Shown here: positions 1 to 11,137 of the stretch, one piece after another | How positions within the stretch are numbered: the stretch's first letter is position 1 | Layout: every line of letters starts with the position of its first letter | Assembly: GCA_964016885.1 (NCBI GenBank) | Contig: OZ024743.1 | Span: 125,798,001-125,862,000 of the forward strand | DNA length: 64,000 bases | Origin: Eledone cirrhosa | Taxonomy: Eukaryota | Reading direction: 5' to 3' | The notes under the pieces: model-generated | The model's input: only the letters and a program-made list of their open reading frames with translations | The model's database searches: none | Told to the model about the DNA's origin: nothing | Position numbers and translations under genes: made by a program

Positions 1-435
1 ACCTTATGATTGCAAAGTAAACCTGTACCAGGTGCCTTCATTGTAGCACTGACACTACCACTTTCCAGAATGTATTGGGTGCATTTTTTCATGCACTACC
101 ATTTTATAGAGTATACTGGGTGCATTTTTTTCATGGCATCAGTACCATAACTTTACTCTATATATGTTTTATTTCAATAAAAGTGCCAATAGTAGGCATC
201 AGATGGGAGATAAGGAATGAAACAATTCAGAACATTAAGACAAAAAGTGATGACTTGACAGAATCATTTAAGCATCAGTTTAAATGCCTTGAGGCATTTG
301 TTCTAACTATCTGCACTCTGTGTTTATATCCTGCTACAGTCAACTTAGCTTTTCATCATTTTGAAGTTGATAAAATATGATGAAATAAACATGAATACAG
401 GATCATCAGCTGATATTTGAATATATTTCTTACTT

Positions 436-2085
436 TAGATAAGAATAAGCGCAACTATGCCTCCCCTGGTCTTGATGGGGTGACATACCTGCTTCTCAAA
501 CGTGGCGGGTATTTCCTTTTGCGCCAGCTTTCTTTCTTCTTTCAATACTGTCTCAACAATGCTGCTACTCCGGAGCAGTGGAAAACTGCCAGTGTCATTC
601 CCCTGTTCAAAAAGGGCAACCGCATATCACCTGTCAACTATCGTCCAGTCAGTCTTACTAGCTGTATGGCCAAACTGATGGAATCCTGTGTCAGAGAAAC
701 ACTTTGGAACTTCTGGAGCTCTCACAGCCTCATCCGGCCCTCACAGTTTGGATTTATCCCTAACTCCAGCTGCTGTGATCAGCTTATCGAGTTCCTTGAG
801 GACATCACCCGGATCACTGACAGCGGCTCATGGGTGGATGTTGTTTACCTTGACTTTGCTAAGGCTTTTAATTTTGTGCCACACAAAAGACTTATGGCAA
901 AACTCTCTGCAATGGGTGTGAGGGATGATCTTTTCGACTGGTTGAAATCCTTCATTCTCAGCCGGAAAGAAGTAGTCACGGTTCTAGGACAGCATTCTTC
1001 ACCATATGAGATGTCATCTGGTGTACCACAGGGATCTGTTCTTGGTCCCCTTTTGTTTGTGGCATATATTAATGACATAGATGCCAACTTACAGAATGCC
1101 ACGGTACTGAAATATGCAGATGACATTAAGCTGTACCTTGAAATCAAAAGGACTGATCCTGAAATTTACAACTCTTTTCTACAATCAGACCTGGACACAA
1201 TGCAGCAATGGATCACAGACTGGCAACTGAAGCTGGCTGTGGACAAGTGTACCACCATGCATTTTGGAAGGAAAAATCCAGCGTCCACATACTCCCTCCA
1301 CAACACTGATATCAAGAAGTCCTCTTGTGAACGTGACCTGGGCATTACTGTCAGCAGCGATTTGCGTTGGACAAAGCATGTCTCTAAGATTGTCAAGAAG
1401 GCCGAGGGTGTCTTGGCATCACTCAGCAAGACCTTTGTTAGCCGCTCTCCAGCCATCTATTTAAAACTGTATACAGCTATGGTACGACCACACTTGGAAT
1501 TCGCATCATCAGTCTGGAACCCCTATCTTGCTCAGAACATTGACCTCCTGGAAACTGTTCAGAGACGTGCAACCAAGCACATACCCTCCATCAGACACCT
1601 ACCATACTCTGAACGCCTTGCTTCCCTGGGCATGGATTCATTGAAGCTCCGACGTCTGGCAATGGACTTGGTGAATACCCACAAAGTTATTAACCATCTC
1701 GCCAATTGCAACCCTGAGCACCTTTTTGATCTCCATGTGTCTAACACATGTGGACATGCCTACAAAATCAGAAAACAGCACAGCTCCCATGACTTTTGTA
1801 GACATTTTTTCACGCTCAGAGTTGCTGAAGCATGGAACAAACTGCCTGCGTCAGTTGTTAGCTGCCGAGACACTGCATCCTTTAAGACACTCATGCTTCC
1901 CGAAATACGCCAAAACTACACCTGATGTACCCCTTCCATGCACACGTGTGTATCATGACTCGTGCACTGTTCATTTTACTGATGTTTGTGCATTGCCCTA
2001 TGTACTGTACATGCACTTTTTGATGAGTTGTGGTGCACCTGGGCACTGTACACAATATTTCATTATTATTATTGTTGTTGTTATT
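436..2085 (+). mobile_element. 5'-truncated CR1-like LINE (subfamily A), RT frame open, (ATT)n tail
   Basis: ORF 417-1925 with NYRPVSLTS, LDFAKAF, GVPQGSVLGP, YADD, RPHLEF and FF..RV...WN.LP motifs; no endonuclease; 3' UTR ends in ATT repeats. Confidence 0.95.
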
Positions 2086-2212
2086 ATATCATGACTCATA
2101 CACTGTTCATTTTCCTGACATTTGTACATTATTCTATGTACTATACATGCACCTTTGATGAGTTGTAGTGCACCTGAGCACTGTACACAATAATTTCATT
2201 ATTATTATTATT
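2086..2212 (+). mobile_element. About 125-bp 3' tail of CR1 subfamily B
   Basis: Near-identical to reverse complements of 13660-13785 and 27372-27499. Confidence 0.85.
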
Positions 2213-3025
2213 TTATATTTAATATAGAACTAACTTGTCTAACTTCTTGCAGGTAGTGACCAGACAAAAAAATACTTTGTAAGAACAAAAATGAATGGCT
2301 TTATGATTTCTGTATTGTATGACAAATGTCTTATGTGTAGCTTGAACAGAGATTTCTTAGAAATTAGAAGTAAACAGAGCATAATGATTTAACATCATCA
2401 TAATCATTAACATTTCACATCAACCTTCTCATGCTTACATAGGTTGGATGAGTCCTCTCCAGCACACCTTCCCTTCATTTGTCATGTTTCTTTGTTACCT
2501 ATTTTTGTGATGTCCAATATCCTGAGATCTACTATCACCATTTCTACCTACATCTTTTTCAGTCTACCTCTATTACATCTTCTTTCCACTTCTTAACCCA
2601 ATAATCACCATCAATAGTCCTCTTGTGTCTGAGCTAGCACAATTATCTCTCCTACACACTACATATGATTCTTCTTATGCCCAGTTTTTCTCTTAACATA
2701 TCTGTGCCTTGTTTGTCATGCACATTAACATTATACGTCTAGCAGAGCATATTTGCTTTATTATTTCTAACCGTCGCACATTTTCTGCATTCAAAACCCA
2801 TGTTTCATTACCAACATCACACTTCGTTGTAGTGCACCTGAGCACTGTACACAATAACTTCGTTATTATTATTTACAAGGATTATACTGTCTGTCCAACA
2901 TTCAGAGAGAATATCTTTTCATTGCCAGCTAAGGTAGAAACTCACGGAACTTTTAGAAAAGTAACTAAAATCTGTACTAAATGAACCAAAACTATAAATG
3001 ATTTTCTTTTTGTTATAATTTCCAG

Positions 3026-3140
3026 GGAAGCTATAAAAGAAGATGACGCGGGTTCATTACAAGCTAGTGTCGATGAAATTTCACAGAAAGCTAAGCGCCG
3101 GCGTTTATTGGAACGCATCAGTAATGTTCGTCTTGGTATG
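3026..3140 (+). CDS. GTF2H2: GTF2H2 (TFIIH p44) coding exon A, first in window: (W)EAIKEDDAGSLQASVDEISQKAKRRRLLERISNVRLGM
   Basis: Polypyrimidine-ccag acceptor and gtaagt donor; matches the p44 N-terminus (WE.LKEDE.GSL...KAKR...VRLGM). Confidence 0.93.
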
Positions 3141-3677
3141 GTAAGTCATCTTTTTTTCTAATCTTCACTATACACCAAAATATATTACATGTGGTATTGC
3201 ATTTCATCCTATAAAACAATGGTTCTCAAACTTATTATGTCATGAGAGACCTTTATGTGATTTTTCAAAAAGTTGTGGAACACTTATTTTTACAAACAAT
3301 CACCACTAACTTTAATTTTAATAAGATATGATATTGTTTCAAACAGAAAAATGTATTAAAAAAAAAATTAAAATTTCTCACGGCAATTGAGAATTTTTCT
3401 GTTACAGTCTTTGGGAAACTGTGTTATAGAGCAATAATTTAATGAACTCACTAGAGAAAATGCTTTGAAGCATTTAGTTATATCCCTTTACATTCTGAAT
3501 TCAGTTCTTGCTGAAATTGGTTTTTACTTTTTATCCCTCTTGTATTGATAAAATCAGTCAAATAATGGAGTTGATTTAATTGACTACATTCCTCCCTAAT
3601 AAGTTTGTGGTCTTGTACCAATAAAGAAATAAATGATTCAATGAATTCTGTCTGATAAATCAATAATTTAACAGAGC

Positions 3678-3870
3678 TGGATTGGATTTGCAATATCGGT
3701 AGAGCATCACACACCATGCTTTGCAACATAGAGTTATGGCCCTTAGAGTTCTGAGTTCAAATCCCGCCAAGGTTAACTTTGCCTTTCATCCTTATGGGGT
3801 CGATAAAATAAAGTACCAGTAATGTACTGGAGAATGCTCTCCTTGTGCCAAAAGTAGAAACAATTATTAT
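3678..3870 (+). mobile_element. tRNA-derived SINE, probable Meta-domain type
   Basis: B box gagttcaaatccc, then gcctttcatccttatggggtcgataaaataaagtaccag core; many copies in window. Confidence 0.8.
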
Positions 3871-3889
3871 TTTCTATATATATATATGT

Positions 3890-6175
3890 GTGTGTGCACC
3901 ACAGACAAGACTGAGTAAAGAAGAAAAGGACCAGTTCTAAGAGAAACTTTTACAGACAACCTCAGTTAATGATGAAAGAGTCCTCATCTTGGCAGTTGAC
4001 TTCAATGGACATGTTGAACAATACCGTAAAGAATTCACTGGAGTTCACTGCAGCTAAGGTTATGGCTCAAGAAATTAAGGGGGATTGAGGCTCCTGGAAT
4101 TCTGTGATGCAAATGAACTAACCATTTGCAACACACTTTTCAGGTCAGCCATCTGATCGCATATCAATCAGATGGAAACACAAACCAGATTGATTTCTTA
4201 CTTGTAACATAATGAGATAGATAGATAGTGATAAATGCCACTCCCTGGGGAAGAATATACCACCCAACATAAGTTAGTTATTAGAGACATCAGGATAAAT
4301 GCAAGACAGAACAAGATACACTGGAATATATGGAGATGGAAGATTTGGAAGCTAAAGAACCTTTCTGTTAAATATAGCTTTAGAAAGGCCCTATGGGATG
4401 CATTTGATGAAAGGAGAGACAATTCATATGAATTACTGATGAGACTTGTGGGTGGAGAAAAGCACCAGCTAGACAGAGGGTGATCTGGTGGTGGAACAGC
4501 ACAGTAGATAGAGCCATTAAAGCCAAGAGACAGGCATGGGAGGACTGGAAAATGGGTGGAGCAGAGATCAATACCAGGTAGCTAAGAGGGAAGCTAGACG
4601 GCAGGTGCATAGTTCAGAAAGAGGCTGAAGAAAGTTTGCCAATATCTGGTCTCATGAGGATCAGAGATGTGAATTGTTCCACATTGCAAGGCAGTCTGTC
4701 TGTATGAATTGGGATGTTGTTGGGGGAAAGTGTGCTAGAAATGACGTTGGTGCACTTAACACCACTGATGCTCAAAAGAAAGAGGCTAGGAAATGTTACT
4801 ATGACAGATTGATGAATATAGAGAATGAATGAGAGGAAGAAAGACTTCCTCCAAGTTATCCAACGGAGAGATCAACTATTGAAGTTGACAGTTATTGGGT
4901 CAAAGAAGCAATCAAAGAAATACAGAATGGTAAAGCAGTTGGACTGTCAAAGATAGTTGCTGAGATGCTGAAAGCATCAGAAGAAGTAGGAGCCAAACAA
5001 GTAACCTGTCAATCAGGTAATACAGGAAGGAATCATACCCAATAATTGGTGCAGCAGTACAATCATAAATTGCTGTAAAGGTAAAGTTGATGCTCTAGAA
5101 AGAAGCAACTACAGAGGAATAAAACTAATGGACCAAATTATGAAAGTTCTAGCACAGCTAATTAGAGAAAGTATCAAATTAGGTGAGTCGTAATTCAGTT
5201 TTGTGCCTGGAAAAAGTGCTATAGATGCCCTCCTCTTAGTGAGGCAACTACGAGAGAAGTTCGTTACCAAGAATAAACTTGTATTTAGCTTTTGTTGATC
5301 TAGAAAAGTCCTTTGACAAAGTGCCTCGTTCTGTTATCTGGTGGCCCTTAAGAAAATTAGGGGTAGAAAAATGGCTTGTAAGAGCAATGCAAGCCATGTA
5401 CAGAGGAGCTGTGAATAAAGTGAGAGTAGGAAGTGAGTTTAGTGAGGAATTCAAGGTGCAGGTAGGAGTTCATCAGAGTTTGGTTCTCAACCCACTGCTG
5501 TCCATTATAGTTCTCTGGGTTATAACAGGAGTTTAAGACTGGCTGCCTATGGGAATTCTCTCTGTGGGTGATCTGGTCATTATAGCTGAATCCATAAAAG
5601 AACTAGAGAATAAGTTCCAACTATGAAAACAGAATTTGGAATTAAAAGGACTGAGAGTAAACTTAGCCAAAACTAAAGTGCTAGCAAGTAGGAAAGAAGA
5701 TAGGACCTTAATTCCTTCAGGGAAGTGGCCTTGCTCAATATGTAGACAAGGAGTAGGCATAAACTCCATACAGTGTACAAAATATAAATTTTAGGTACAC
5801 AAAAGATATAGTGGGATAACATGCAGACTAATGGGAAGCAAAGACTTTATATGTAGATGTAGGGGTAATTAACGAGAAGATATAAACCAGTGATATAAAT
5901 CTTTTCCAATCACATGAAGGATCCATAGAAGTGGTTAATATCTTCAGCTATCTAGGTGGCCTAATTAGCAGTGGAGGAGGGTGCTCCGAGAGCATAATAG
6001 CTAGAATAAGGATAGGATGGAAGAATTTTAGAGAGCTACTCCCACTGTTAACAACAAAAAGCTTCTCCCTATGTACAAGGGAACGGCTGTATGGTAGTAA
6101 AATATGGGCTGTGACTGCAGAAGACATGTAGGCTGGAGAGAAATGAAGCAATCATGCTTCATTGGCTGTGCAATT
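3890..6175 (+). mobile_element. Old, degraded RTE LINE (end of APE domain, RT, PHD remnant)
   Basis: Frameshifted fragments such as YLAFVDLEKSFDKVPR, VGVHQ, GGGCSESIIARIRIGWKNFRELLP. Confidence 0.88.
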
Positions 6176-8343
6176 AGTCATATATCTGCTTGATCAATGT
6201 TGACTTGAAGCTTAAACAACTAAAATCATCATCATTTAATGTTTGTTCTTCCTGCTAGCAAGGCTTGAACTTGTCATCACTGACCAAGTCATTACTTAGC
6301 TAAAGCCACTGATCTCACAAACAGGCCAGAGACTGTACCTCACTTTACAGAGTGTATTGAGTGCATTTTTTTGTGGCCCCAGCATGCTGGATGTTTATAA
6401 CAAGAACCTTTTTTTTACCTGAAGTTTAAACAAGTAGAATATTTTACTTACTTTAATATATCCACTTTTAATCTTAATGCTTTCATTACCATATTTCTCA
6501 TGAAATACAATGTATTTGAATTAATTAATGTAGAATTTGTAGGCATTTACTAAAACTATTATTTCATTATTACAATAGTATTTGTAATATAACTTAAAAC
6601 GCTCTTGTATCAAGTTACATTCTAAAGTCTGTTTCAAACCCAGATGCTCATCAGGCTGATGCTTATCCTAGTTTATGTGGCTTTAAGCAACTGAGAGTAC
6701 AAGACTCCCCCCTGCACAGGACCCCAGTCCACTGCAGGGTTATACCCCCAGCTACTGCTGGTACTCATTTTCATCTGAGTATACTGGAGCAATGAGAAAT
6801 GAAGTGTTATGATCCAAGACCCTTACCACTCAGCCACATGCCTCCATGTCAAGTTACATTGGAAAAATTTAAATAGGAATCCTTTCAAATGAGTAGTTTT
6901 ATTTTATAGAACTAGAGGCACTTTTGTGCAGGTTAAATGATTCAATAAAAATGTGATTACTTTTTCAAAGTTTTTTCCCTTGTTAACATTTATAGATGTA
7001 TATGGCTGAAATACTTTTGTTTATGTGACTAATGTAAATCTTCATAAGTTAGTTACCATTCTTTTTTCCCTGTTTGCATGGGTTTGATGGAGCTCAGAGT
7101 TTATCCCAGTTTCATGGGCATTAAGTGACTGAGAGTACAGGACGTCCCTGGACAATATGCCAGGTTGTCGTAGGGCTAAATCCCAGCTACCACTCATACT
7201 CATTTTCAGCTGAATGAACTGGAACAAGGGGAAATGACGTACCTCATACAGGAATTCAATGCATCACCTAGTTTGGGAATCAAATCCACAACCTTATGAT
7301 CGTGAACATAATGCCCTAACCATTAAGCTATGCACTTGCAAAAATCCACATGAAGAAAATGTAAACTTTGTTTGTTTGTTTTTTCAATAACAATAAGTAA
7401 AACTAGTAAATAAAAGAGTTGTTTCCCATCATCATCATATCTTTGTGGCTGCTATCATCATTTTACATCTGCTTTCCATTCTGGAATGGGTTAGACAGGT
7501 TGGAACAAGCTCATTTTGCTCATATGTTCCACATTTGACATGGTATCTATGGCTGGATGCCTTTCCTAATATCAACTACCTTACTTGGATGTGTTTTTCT
7601 GACACCAGCACTACCACTTCACAATATATCAGATGCACGAGCACAAAGTCTACATTGTCTCTGCTCGATCATCAACACTGCCTTTACTTTTACTGTCACA
7701 GTGCTTGTACTAATGGACAGGTCTTTTGTATTATGGGATATTGCTGTTCAACTTGTTCCTGTGTCATCTTTTTCATGAGGTTTAGTTTCTTGTGATCATC
7801 CTTTAAAATTCCGTCCCATGTCTTTCTTGGTCTCCCTCTTCCACAGGTTCCATCCAATTCAAGTGTTCAGCATATTTCTTTATAACTCTCACTCTCCATG
7901 ACAGTATATAATGTAATATAATATAATGATATGGCTGATAAACTTTCAAAATTCAAAAGCTGGGAAAGCAAATTTGTGAATCACTCAGATTTTCTATATC
8001 TAAGACTACATTATCCAATGTGTACGTTTTTTAAGACTGTTGGGTGTGGTTTGAAGGAGATTTTACTGCTATTTCTTGTATTTGGTTCAACATTGGAGTT
8101 GTGATCATTTTCAAGTGATAGTGCTGGCGCCATAATAAAATGCACTCAGTACACTCTATAAAGTGGTTGGCAAAAGGAAGGTCATCCAGCCATAGAAATA
8201 ATGTAAAAAATGGAATATATGAGCAAGATGTGGTCCTTCAAGCTGTCTTGTGAAAATCCATCCAACCCATGCCAGCATGATAACAAACATAAAATGATAA
8301 TGATTTTTAAAAGAATATTTTAATTAACATTTTATTTTTTCAG

Positions 8344-8430
8344 ATGCGCCATTTGTTTCTAATTGTTGACATGTCTGAACCCATGATGGATCCTGATTTA
8401 AAACCAAATAGATTGGCAGCTACTGTCAAA
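8344..8430 (+). CDS. GTF2H2: GTF2H2 exon B: MRHLFLIVDMSEPMMDPDLKPNRLAATVK
   Basis: ttttcag acceptor, gtaggt donor, phase 0/0; Ssl1 vWA motif MRHL...D.S...D.KPNR. Confidence 0.96.
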
Positions 8431-8699
8431 GTAGGTTTTATTCTGCTGCTGCTTTTTTTTATTCTTTACATTCTTAAACCAGAACCAAAATTTAATGATC
8501 TCTTTGGTATATCATGAAATTAAGTTAAATATGATCAATTTCTACAAATATGGGCATGTGATGCATAGGGATTAGGGTCATTATTGGGTGAAAAAGTGCC
8601 AGGAGTTGCCTGTGGAAAGAAGCTGCAGTAAAATTTGTGACAACTATGTAAAAAAGTTTGAATCCACTGCTCCAGCTTTTCTTACTTGCTTTTTACTTC

Positions 8700-9010
8700 T
8701 GATAATTCTTCTTATTCCTGTGAGCTGAGTCTTCCTACACACCTTCCAGAAGATCCTATCAGAAGCAACTGTCTCCAATTGTTCTGGCTGGATCCCTAAG
8801 CAAGACCAACTGAATTCATGGATCTTATCCAACCATCTTGTTCTAGCTCTCCTGCCAATTGGCTATGGCTATGGCTATAATATCTGTCCAGCTATTCTTT
8901 CCTTAGACATACTAACCACATGTCTGAAGTATCAGTGCTGGAATCTCTGAAACTGGAGAAGTAGTGTTTGTACCTGGAGTGGCTCCCTGATCTCCGAGCT
9001 ACGTATCCTA
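8700..9010 (-). mobile_element. Degraded 3' end of a Rex3/Expander-like RTE LINE
   Basis: Minus-strand HVVSM...RARTRWLDKI...LGIQPEQLETVASDRIFWK. Confidence 0.6.
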
Positions 9011-9375
9011 CTGAAATTTGTTGGTTAATTTTTAGGTTTAAGTTAATTGCATACAGAAACCTTTCATAACATCTTTCAACCCAGAGAAATATATATGTTA
9101 CTTTTTTATTGTCTATAGTGTTTATATAACTGTTGTCTATGTGTAAAAATCAAGTTATATTTATTTTTTACGTTGGCAAGTGTTTTGCTGCCATTTTCCC
9201 TGCTAAAGCAGAGGTTAGATATGCAGGCCCCATAATAGGCTCCATATTCATCATGGGGTGTTTCATAAGGCAATTTTTTATAATCAGATGCCCTTCCTGG
9301 TACCAACTCTTGTAGTTGTCTCTTACGACAGGCAAAGATACAGTGTACCCATTCTAAACTGTTTATTTTTTACAG

Positions 9376-9481
9376 CTTGCTGAAAATTTTATTGAAGAAT
9401 TCTTTGATCAAAACCCCATCAGTCAGCTTGGTATTATTGTAACACGGAAGAAAAGGGCTGAAAAAGTAACCGAACTTGGTG
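9376..9481 (+). CDS. GTF2H2: GTF2H2 exon C: [35 protein letters not shown](G)
   Basis: ttttacag acceptor, gtaggt donor; hallmark [11 protein letters not shown] motif. Confidence 0.97.
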
Positions 9482-10202
9482 GTAGGTTGATGATTCTTCA
9501 TTTCTAAATTTGTGTTGTTTTGTGTACAAGGAAAATAGCTTTACAATTATAACACTTGCCAACAGGGAAAAACAGACATAAAATGATGATGATGATGAAT
9601 CTAAACAAAGTCATCATCATCAACATTTAACATCCATTTTGCCTTCTAGCAAAGATTGGATGGTTCGTCATAGACCTAGTCAGTACTTAATCAGAGCCCC
9701 TGATCATAGAGAGATCGGCCGGGCCACATCTTGTTCACTAACGTTCTTGTACTCTACAGAGTTCACTGTGCATTTCATTAGGGCATCAACATTAGGGAGG
9801 TCATCATATCCTTCACACAACTCTACAATTTCTTTGACAAGTTTTATATTGCTGGTTGCCTTTCTAATCACCATTCACTAATGGCTATAGTAAGTTTTAA
9901 ACTCATGTATTTATGGTTAGTTGTCAAATAGAATAGTTTTTTTTTTTTTTATAATTAACAATTTATACTAATTACTCAGTGCAGATAATGATTCTAAATA
10001 TTCAGATATTTTATGAATTGGTTGAAAATTTGCATATTGAATTGTATGAATTGTTGAAACTCTTATTTTTTTAAATAGTTTTTAAAACTATTTTATTATG
10101 TAATGTAGGAATTGTCTTTATGTTGACTATAACAAATGGATTTATAAACTAAACTGTAAATAATAACATCTTGTTTATATATTCACATAGACCAAATAAA
10201 GT

Positions 10203-10636
10203 TTAACCCTTTTCAAGCTGCCTGAAACATTGCTCATTTTAAAATATTTATCCTTACATTGAAACCTTTCATCATAATTATATTCAAAACAATTTCATTA
10301 ACACTTTAGCATTTACATTACTCTATATTTACTATTATATTTTCATGGTAAAGACTTTACCTTACATAATTATCTCACATAATACCAAATCTATAATATT
10401 TTGATATTATTTATTTTGAGAACAATACCATAACATCGATATGAGCGACCGATTACAGCTAGTTTGAACAGGAAGAGGTGAGAGAATTCTAGTCAGATAC
10501 AGCCGATTTAAATGCTAAAGGGTTAAGTTATGTTCTAAACACCAGGATAATTATGAAAAATATTTTATGATTTTCAAAATTATTTGAAAATCATAGGCAG
10601 TGTCTTTCATTAGAAATACAATAATGAGAGGGTTAA
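10203..10636. mobile_element. piggyBac-like MITE with a second piggyBac-like MITE nested at 10298-10526
   Basis: TTAA-CCCT...AGGG-TTAA termini; inner family (TIR tttagcattta) recurs at about 44240-44446 and 61354-61560. Confidence 0.7.
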
Positions 10637-10848
10637 GCAAATACCTCATCAAAGAATCATCTTAGCCTTTCAAATAAAATGCAAAATCTGTTATATATTT
10701 GCTTTTAATATATTTTGTGGTGTCAGAATTTTCATCTCACTCTTTGCAACCTGGTCACAGACACAATTCCAATGTTACTCAGTGATTGGATGGCAAGGAA
10801 TGCAATGGATATTGTGACACCACAAAATAAATGAAAAGTAAATATAAA

Positions 10849-10928
10849 CAGTTTGTATTGAGACCTTGTGTTGAAATTTAAGCAATGTAATTGTTTAACT
10901 TTCAACACAAGGTCTCAATTACAAACTG
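10849..10928. repeat. 80-nt near-perfect palindrome
   Basis: cagtttgtattgagaccttgtgttgaaa ... tttcaacacaaggtctcaattacaaactg. Confidence 0.9.
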
Positions 10929-11137
10929 CCTGAAATACACCCTGATTCTTCATTAAAAAGTTGTTTTATTTTAAAGTGTTTATATTCATCTCAAATTTTT
11001 CCATCATAATTTTATGCAAGAAACAGCCTTTGTTAATTCATGTTCCAAACATCAGAGAAAGTTAGTATATTATTAAATCCCTCCAGTCTTGATTATTTTC
11101 TATATTATTTGAAAATTATAGGCTTTCATTAGAAATA

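Noticed and set aside
75-380. GTF2H2 start exon (RWE motif in this ORF)
   Set aside because: No YERT(W) continuation or phase-2 donor; the start exon is probably upstream of the window
417-1925. Autonomous LINE, domesticated RT, or bacterial retron/group II intron RT
   Set aside because: Typical 5'-truncated CR1 with no ATG start, no endonuclease and a near-identical second copy
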